In this document: positions 57,664 to 64,000 of the stretch, one piece after another
Numbering within the stretch: the stretch's first letter is position 1
Layout: each line of letters begins with the position of its first letter
Translations under genes and position numbers: made by a program
The notes under the pieces: model-generated
Told to the model about the DNA's origin: nothing
Databases searched by the model: none
What the model saw: only the letters and a program-made list of their open reading frames with translations
NCBI GenBank assembly: GCA_965209015.1
Contig: OZ242367.1
Coordinates: 1,280,865-1,344,864, forward strand
DNA: 64,000 bases
Source of the DNA: Rhodothermales bacterium
Lineage (GTDB): Bacteria; Bacteroidota; Rhodothermia; Rhodothermales; Bin80
Reading direction: 5' to 3'

Positions 57664-59985
57664 ATGGACCAAGTTGTGTCTGCCCCGCTTCATGAACTTG
57701 CAAATACGAGGTATCTGAACTATGCTCTGTCGGTAATTACCAGCAGAGCACTTCCAGATATCCGAGATGGATTGAAACCGGTTCAGCGAAGGATCTTGTA
57801 TTCAATGTTTACAGGGCTTCGTCTATACCCCGATGCAAGGTATCGCAAAAGCGCAACGATCGTTGGGGATACCATGGGCAAATATCATCCTCATGGAGAC
57901 AGTGCGATCTATGATGCAATGGCACGTATGGCACAACCGTTCGCCTTACGTAATCCTCTGGTGGATGGTCATGGGAATTTTGGGTCCATTGACGGGGATC
58001 GACCTGCTGCGATGCGATACACGGAGGCGAAACTGCTCCCCCTTGCAATGACATTGCTGGAGGAGTTGCGTCAAAATACAGTCCCATACAGGCCTAATTT
58101 TGACGCAACATTATCGGAGCCAGTTGTATTGCCTGCACAGATCCCGAACTTGTTGGTCAACGGTGCAACCGGGATTGCTGTTGGCATGGCAACCAGTATT
58201 CCTCCCCATAACCTTGGCGAAGTGATTCGCGGAGCCATCTACATGGTGGATTCTTTACTTCGACGATCCAATCACACTTGGCCATCCAACTCACTTAAGC
58301 ACTTGCTCAAGCGCTATATCTTGGGGCCAGATTTTCCGACCGGTGGTAGAATGATGAATTCCCAAGAGGAATTGCAGCAGATTTATAAGAAGGGAGAAGG
58401 GACGATTATTCTGCGAGGAACTTATAAGGTGGAGCGTAAATCCAAAGTAATTATCACCTCTATCCCGTACGCAATCAATAAAAGTGATCTGGTTGAAAAG
58501 ATTGCAATTCATATTGCAGATGGGAAGGTCCCCCAGCTTCTGGATATCCGAGATGAGTCCACCGATGATGTTCGAATTGTATTAGATCTCAAGCGGGGAG
58601 CGAAGGTGGAGGCAGCCATGGGCTACCTATTCAAATATACCCCCCTCCAATCCCGATTCCATGTGAATTTGACGTGTCTACTACCCACGATGAATCCGCA
58701 GGTCTGTGAGCCTAAGCGGGTGAGTCTACAGGAAGCGCTGGAGCACTTTCTACTCTTCCGAATGGAGGTCATCACCCGGAGGCTCCGATATGAATTAGAG
58801 AAATTGGAAGAGCGAATTCATATTCTTGAAGGGTTTGATACCATCTTTGATGCATTAGATGAAGCCATTCAGATAATTCGTGCCTCACGAAACAAAGCGG
58901 ATGGCTCGCAGCGATTACGACACCGATTTTCACTGTCGGATATCCAGGCAAATGCGATCCTAGAAACCATGCTCTACAAGCTGTCCCAATTGGAGATTGA
59001 TGCTGTCCGTGAGGAGCTTAAGCAAAAACGGGCACGAGTACAAGAGATTCAAGAACTCTTGGGGGACGAGTTGGCTCGCTGGAAATTGATTCGAAATGAG
59101 TTGAGTGAGGTGGAAAAGAAGTTTTCAACTGAGCGGCGTACAATGATCGCCTCAGAGGATGAAGGACGCTATGAATATTCCGAAGAGGATTTCATCGTAG
59201 ATGAGGACACGGTGGTGATCATTACACGAGCAGGCTGGATTAAAAGACAACGCTCGTACATGGAGGTACAATCTATACGAGTTCGGGAAGGAGACGAAGT
59301 CGGATGGGCTTTGGGAACTGGAACACGTTGTACAGTGGTTCTATGGACGAATTTTGGACGTGCCTATACGATACGGGCAAACGATATCCAGAGTACGACC
59401 GGGCATGGGATCCCCTTACAAAAGATTTTTGATTTTAGAGATAAGGAACATGTAGTTGGTGCGATCCCCTGTGATCCCAGAATCGTAGGAGTAGTGGAAT
59501 CTTCGCAGAATGAGGAAGATGATCCATTAGGACACTTGGTAGCGATTACTGCAAAGGGATTGGTGATTCGTCAACCACTCAAACTGTATGCAGATGTATC
59601 CACACGTAGGGGGAGAGTGTATGCACGCTTGAATGAATCAGATGAAGTCTTTGGTGTATGGCCGTCTGACGGAACTGATTTTGTTTGTATGGCATCCCGC
59701 AAAGGTCACGCATTAATCTTTTCAGTTGAAGATATTCCCCTGATTAGCGGGCCCGGTAAGGGAGTCATTGGGATGAAAATGAGACCGGAGGATATATTGG
59801 TTGGGGCAACCCTGAGCATAAATGCACGAGATGGAGTCACCGTAGAAAAACCCAGCGGACTCCAAGAGATTGTTCGCCGGACTAAGTATGAGGTCACCCG
59901 TAGAGGTGGAAAAGGACACAAAATCATTCGGCGGGGAGAACTGAGTTCTACCGCCCTTGAAACTTATGAATATCATTTGCCATGA
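57664..59985 (+). CDS. parC: type IIA topoisomerase subunit A, topoisomerase IV ParC-like
   Basis: [32 protein letters not shown] (ParC-like PVQRRI). Catalytic [10 protein letters not shown]. No GyrA box at the start of the C-terminal domain. Confidence 0.8.
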   Translation: MDQVVSAPLHELANTRYLNYALSVITSRALPDIRDGLKPVQRRILYSMFTGLRLYPDARYRKSATIVGDTMGKYHPHGDSAIYDAMARMAQPFALRNPLVDGHGNFGSIDGDRPAAMRYTEAKLLPLAMTLLEELRQNTVPYRPNFDATLSEPVVLPAQIPNLLVNGATGIAVGMATSIPPHNLGEVIRGAIYMVDSLLRRSNHTWPSNSLKHLLKRYILGPDFPTGGRMMNSQEELQQIYKKGEGTIILRGTYKVERKSKVIITSIPYAINKSDLVEKIAIHIADGKVPQLLDIRDESTDDVRIVLDLKRGAKVEAAMGYLFKYTPLQSRFHVNLTCLLPTMNPQVCEPKRVSLQEALEHFLLFRMEVITRRLRYELEKLEERIHILEGFDTIFDALDEAIQIIRASRNKADGSQRLRHRFSLSDIQANAILETMLYKLSQLEIDAVREELKQKRARVQEIQELLGDELARWKLIRNELSEVEKKFSTERRTMIASEDEGRYEYSEEDFIVDEDTVVIITRAGWIKRQRSYMEVQSIRVREGDEVGWALGTGTRCTVVLWTNFGRAYTIRANDIQSTTGHGIPLQKIFDFRDKEHVVGAIPCDPRIVGVVESSQNEEDDPLGHLVAITAKGLVIRQPLKLYADVSTRRGRVYARLNESDEVFGVWPSDGTDFVCMASRKGHALIFSVEDIPLISGPGKGVIGMKMRPEDILVGATLSINARDGVTVEKPSGLQEIVRRTKYEVTRRGGKGHKIIRRGELSSTALETYEYHLP

Positions 59986-61904
59986 GTACCTATACCGGAG
60001 CGGATATTATGATTCTGGAAGGCTTGGAGGCCGTACGTAAGCGTCCAGGCATGTATATCGGGGGGACCGGTAAACCAGGACTTCATCACCTCTTATGGGA
60101 GATCGTAGATAATGGAGTTGATGAAGCAGTCAATGGATATGCAGATTGTATCAAGGTGCAACTTCACAAAGATCAAGCATCTGTGACCGTTGAAGATAAT
60201 GGACGCGGAATCCCAGTAGATCTTCACCCAAAGAAAAAAATCCCTGCACTGGAGGTAATTCTAACTACGCTGCATTCGGGCGGAAAATTTGAGGGGGACC
60301 AGTACGTAACCTCAGGCGGATTACACGGGGTAGGGGCTTCGGTCGTCAATGCCCTTTCCAGAGAAATGGTTGCCCGGGTCTATCGTGATGGGAAATCCCA
60401 TGAACAACGATTTCGGCGCGGACGACCGGTGAGCAAATTGGTGGATTTGGGGAAAAAAACCAACAAGACAGGGACCAAGATTTATTTCGCTCCGGACCCC
60501 AAAATCTTTGACTCAATCAAGTTTGATGCTGCACGTATTCGTAAGGAACTTGAGATCAAAACATACTTACATCGTGGGCTACGCATCATTTTTCGTGATG
60601 AAGGGAGAGGGGAGAAAGTTGAGTTTTTTCATGAAGGGGGCATAGTGGAGTATCTTGGGCATCTCATCCAAGAGGATCAAGCAACCCCAGTGCATCAAGA
60701 TGTATTTTCTATCCTACAGGATTCACTTGAGAATTCTGTCCGCATGGAAATTGTGCTCCAATGGACAGAGTCAACGCGCGAGTGTCTGCGGTCGTATGTC
60801 AATGGAATCCCCACACAGGACGGTGGGACACATGAACAGGGGTTCAAAGATGCGGTGAGAGAGGCAGTGAGGGCATGGATGGATACCCACAACGTGATCC
60901 CCCGTGGGGTTGAAGTCACTCCAGATGATATTCGAGAGGGGCTCTTTGGTATCATCAATATATTCATGTCAGATCCGCAGTTCCAGGGACAAACAAAGGA
61001 TAAGTTGAATAATCCTTCTACCCGCTCCTTGGTCAGTAGTACAGTTCGAGTCTCGCTTGAGCAGTTCCTAAATTCGCACCCGTCCGCCAGTGATGCCATC
61101 GGCGCTCGGGTATTGCAGTCCGCTCGGGCACGTCAGGCCAGTCGTTCGGCTGCACGATCTGTCCGTTCCAAGGCACATCAGCGCAGACGTCTTACCCTTC
61201 CAGGGAAATTGGCAGATTGTTCTTCTATGGATCCAATTGAAGGAGAACTCTTCATTGTTGAAGGAGATTCAGCAGGTGGTTCGGCGAAGCAAGGCAGAGA
61301 TCGAAAAACGCAAGCGGTACTTCCTCTGCGCGGGAAGGTATTAAATGCGGAACAGGCAACTGCCAAGAAGTTGCAGGAGAATAAAGAATTATCTAATGTG
61401 GTTCAGGCTCTTGGGTGTGGCATGGGTGCCAGTCTGGATCCAGACAAACTACGGTACCATAAGGTCATCCTGCTGATGGATGCAGACTCGGACGGGCATC
61501 ACATTGCCACATTATTGCTCACATTTTTTTACCGTTATATGCGACCCCTCATTGATCGAGGACACATTTTTGTCGCTGAACCCCCACTATACCGATTGGA
61601 TACAGGAAAACAAATCTTCTGGGCCTTGGATGATGAAGAAAAAGGTAAGATTGAACGCCGTCTGCGGAGCAAAAACTCTCGTGTCAAGATAGATGTCCAA
61701 CGTTTTAAGGGACTTGGGGAGATGATGCCGCAGACATTGAAAGAAACGACACTTGATCCTGCACGGCGCCGGATTCTGAAGGTTACAATTCCCGAAAAAA
61801 CTCGAGCCGAAAATACGATCGCAGGGCTAATGGGGCGTGATGCGTCTATACGCTACCACTTCATCATGCAGAATGCGCGGAAGGCTGAGGACTTGGATGT
61901 GTAG
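59982..61904 (+). CDS. parE: type IIA topoisomerase subunit B, ParE-like
   Basis: [24 protein letters not shown], Toprim [26 protein letters not shown]. The start overlaps the parC stop (ATGA). Confidence 0.85.
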   Translation: MSTYTGADIMILEGLEAVRKRPGMYIGGTGKPGLHHLLWEIVDNGVDEAVNGYADCIKVQLHKDQASVTVEDNGRGIPVDLHPKKKIPALEVILTTLHSGGKFEGDQYVTSGGLHGVGASVVNALSREMVARVYRDGKSHEQRFRRGRPVSKLVDLGKKTNKTGTKIYFAPDPKIFDSIKFDAARIRKELEIKTYLHRGLRIIFRDEGRGEKVEFFHEGGIVEYLGHLIQEDQATPVHQDVFSILQDSLENSVRMEIVLQWTESTRECLRSYVNGIPTQDGGTHEQGFKDAVREAVRAWMDTHNVIPRGVEVTPDDIREGLFGIINIFMSDPQFQGQTKDKLNNPSTRSLVSSTVRVSLEQFLNSHPSASDAIGARVLQSARARQASRSAARSVRSKAHQRRRLTLPGKLADCSSMDPIEGELFIVEGDSAGGSAKQGRDRKTQAVLPLRGKVLNAEQATAKKLQENKELSNVVQALGCGMGASLDPDKLRYHKVILLMDADSDGHHIATLLLTFFYRYMRPLIDRGHIFVAEPPLYRLDTGKQIFWALDDEEKGKIERRLRSKNSRVKIDVQRFKGLGEMMPQTLKETTLDPARRRILKVTIPEKTRAENTIAGLMGRDASIRYHFIMQNARKAEDLDV

Positions 61905-62823
61905 ATGATCTTCGTTGGGCGGTTAGGATACTCCCTCCTGTGACCAGAAGCATCCCAATGAGGGATAGGGTGTTGGGGAAATCACCAAAGATTAAAATTC
62001 CCCAAACCACAGCAAATACGATTTGGATATAACTCACGCCCATGGCTCGGGATGTTTGTTCGCGTTGCAGACTACGGGTTAGAAAAATCTGTGCAACATG
62101 CGTAAAGATTCCTATTCCGATCAGAGCCAGCCACTCAATTGGCGATGGGAGTGTGTATTGAACAGCAACAAAGGGGATGCCTGCAAGGGCAGTAACCAAG
62201 GAGAAGTAGAAAATGATTACCAGAGTGTGATCTGTCTCATGTAGTTTACGCACAGAAACGAATGCAAGTGCAGCCAATACTGCACCAAGAATTCCAACTG
62301 TGACGGCGGGAAGAGGTAATTGCTGAACATTGAAAATGAACTCGGGCTGGATGACGCAAATGACTCCAACAATACAGACAGCAAAACCGATTATTATTCC
62401 AACTGACAGGTGCTCTCGAAGTAGAATGGTAGCAATGACTGCCGCAAGGCAGGGAGACATATAAAATAGGATTGTTGCGTCTGCTATGGGGAGAGTAATG
62501 AGCGTCCAGAAAAAACACATGAGCGCCCCGAACCCGGTGAGTCCACGAAAAATGAGCAGCTTTTTATTTATGCCCCATGGATGGAGACTCGCCGAACGAA
62601 CCCCCCAGTAGGCAAGGATACTTCCGACAATGCCTCGAATCATTACAATCTGTCCGGTTGGAATTGTCTGTGAGATCAGCTTGACCAATAAAGCCATTAG
62701 ACTGAAGAAAAAGACTGCCAAGATCATATATCCTAGTCCAATCGAAAACCATGAAAAAATTGGATTGCCTCGATCAGGCAGGAAGTGAAGTTGACGCAGT
62801 GCGGTTTGCATAGCTGTATTCAT
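61864..62823 (-). CDS. EamA/DMT-family transporter
   Basis: About 10 TM segments in two EamA-like halves. 319 aa. Confidence 0.75.
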   Translation of the reverse strand: MNTAMQTALRQLHFLPDRGNPIFSWFSIGLGYMILAVFFFSLMALLVKLISQTIPTGQIVMIRGIVGSILAYWGVRSASLHPWGINKKLLIFRGLTGFGALMCFFWTLITLPIADATILFYMSPCLAAVIATILLREHLSVGIIIGFAVCIVGVICVIQPEFIFNVQQLPLPAVTVGILGAVLAALAFVSVRKLHETDHTLVIIFYFSLVTALAGIPFVAVQYTLPSPIEWLALIGIGIFTHVAQIFLTRSLQREQTSRAMGVSYIQIVFAVVWGILIFGDFPNTLSLIGMLLVTGGSILTAQRRSSTHPSPQPSAHSA

Positions 62824-63169
62824 CCCACTCTGGGTTTCTCAGGAATTCAATCAGTATGATGAAAATCTCTATGTCTCCAGGGTGGAGAAAAACGGCGTAC
62901 TAGTACCGTCCAGAGGGATTACATGTTTTCGATGTTTTACTGACTTTCTTTAATATTTAATGAAGTCAGGAGGCACTCCAAGAGTGTAGATGATCTATGC
63001 AGATTTAGATCTTCAGGACTGGGGTAGTAAATGTGGTTGCCATTTCCGTTTCATACCACTAGGCATGGATTGATGCCTTAGTCAGAGGAGATTGGATCCT
63101 CCGAAACCAGACCATTACAGATTTGAAATCTACTAAGATATCACGGCCTATCTCGGGTGGGAATTCAGG

Positions 63170-64000
63170 TTATATTTCTACCGATTGAATGATCCGTTCA
63201 ATTAGATCTGGAACCGATACCCCGTCGGCCTCAGCATTAAAATTAGCGATCACCCGGTGGCGCAGGACCGCAGTCGCGAGTGCCTGCACATCTGTGATCA
63301 CGGGGGTGAATCTACCATCAATCGCTGCAAGGGCTTTCGCACCTAAGATCAAAAATTGCGATGCGCGAGGTCCGGCTCCATAGGCAATGTACTCGTTGAC
63401 GAAATCTGGTGTCCCGTCGCGATTCGGACGAGTATTGGCAGTAAGGCGAACCGCATATTCAATCACGTTATTCGCTACCGGTAAATGACGAACAAGTTTC
63501 TGGAATGCCAGCAATTCATCTTGAGACATGGCCGGTTCAACCGTTGAGGTACTGCCTGCCGTAGTAGAGCGTACGACTTTTACCTCCTGATCAAAGGATG
63601 GATAATCCAACCACAGATTTAACATAAATCGATCCAACTGCGCTTCAGGAAGGGGATAAGTGCCCTCTTGTTCAATTGGGTTTTGAGTTGCCAGCACGAA
63701 AAATGGCTCTTCCAGTGCAAAGGTGTTTCCGCCGGCAGTCACGCGATGCTCCTGCATGGCCTCAAGGAGGGCAGCCTGTGTTTTTGGGGGAGTCCGGTTC
63801 ACCTCATCTGCCAATACAACATTAGCAAAGATCGGTCCTCTGACGAACCGGAAAGCACGACCACCCGTTCGTTTATCTTCTTCAATGATTTCGGTCCCTG
63901 TGATATCTCCTGGCATCAGATCGGGAGTGAACTGGATCCGAGTAAAATTCAGTGCCAATGCGTCAGCTAACGTACGGATGAGGAGCGTTTTTGCCAAGCC
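63170..64000 (-). CDS. MoxR-like AAA+ ATPase (AAA_3), N-terminus outside the window
   Basis: (G)LAKTLLIRTLA is the Walker A remnant at the edge. VLADEVNRTPPKTQAALLEAMQEHRVT. The frame is open to base 64000. Confidence 0.88.
   Translation of the reverse strand, partial: GLAKTLLIRTLADALALNFTRIQFTPDLMPGDITGTEIIEEDKRTGGRAFRFVRGPIFANVVLADEVNRTPPKTQAALLEAMQEHRVTAGGNTFALEEPFFVLATQNPIEQEGTYPLPEAQLDRFMLNLWLDYPSFDQEVKVVRSTTAGSTSTVEPAMSQDELLAFQKLVRHLPVANNVIEYAVRLTANTRPNRDGTPDFVNEYIAYGAGPRASQFLILGAKALAAIDGRFTPVITDVQALATAVLRHRVIANFNAEADGVSVPDLIERIIQSVEI

Noticed and set aside
59896-59916. GyrA-box-like heptad TRRGGKG near the extreme C-terminus of the subunit A protein, which would suggest a gyrase rather than topo IV.
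   Set aside because: A true GyrA box sits at the first blade of the C-terminal domain, and here that position reads [12 protein letters not shown]. Similar R-G-x-K-G loops recur in other blades (GPGKGVIGM). The N-terminal motifs (YLNY, PVQRRI) are ParC-like.
63052-63095. Two adjacent 6-bp hairpins (AGGCAT-GGATTG-ATGCCT and GGAGGA-GATTGGA-TCCTCC) downstream of moxR, considered as terminators.
   Set aside because: The stems are short, no U-tract follows on the relevant (minus) strand, and they lie 75-120 nt from the stop. This is not enough to call a terminator.

Overview
This is a chromosomal, mostly housekeeping window with about 50 protein genes, one tRNA and one IS element. No rRNA and no CRISPR array are present.

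Lineage (inference): probably a Rhodothermota/Balneolota-type relative of Bacteroidota. The basis is the Rhodothermus-style complex I cluster nuoJ-K-L-M / nhaD-like / pcd / nuoN, Tat-signal Gfo/Idh/MocA oxidoreductases and DUF5916 outer-membrane proteins.

Gene content in order:
- DUF5916-like fragment, then two Tat-exported oxidoreductases, a lipoprotein and a Cys/Met-metabolism PLP enzyme.
- A frameshifted ISL3 element.
- Two paralogous long sigma-70/ECF-like sigma factors. One is translationally coupled to a DUF971 Cys-rich protein.
- A frameshifted orphan LivK-type binding protein, then Smr, mdh and a DnaQ-exonuclease/GIY-YIG fusion.
- The nuo cluster, followed by a SHOCT-tailed hypothetical, then sod, a DUF5916 protein, tatD, dnaK, pgsA, pyrE, cinA and recA.
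- A methionine-cycle locus: an ArsR-wHTH + SAM-methyltransferase-like module fused in frame to MetF, followed by a MetH split into two genes.
- fdxA, a degenerate 47-bp repeat array and a COG2865 (AlbA_2/HATPase_c_4) protein.
- ytxJ, pepF, DAHP synthase, nagB, accD, an EF-G paralog and a DUF4268/PD-(D/E)XK-like protein.
- ricT, holB, tRNA-Met(CAT), a GroES-like protein, an SSS transporter, parC-parE, an EamA transporter and a truncated moxR.

Most noteworthy observations:
- The SahR-like::MetF fusion.
- The phased repeat array at 41.5-41.9 kb.
- The sigma/DUF971 module.
- Several unusually long ORF-free spacers (0.6-0.8 kb).

I did not find a recognisable defence or secondary-metabolite system. 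All calls come from reading the translations and sequence by eye, and no database search was run.
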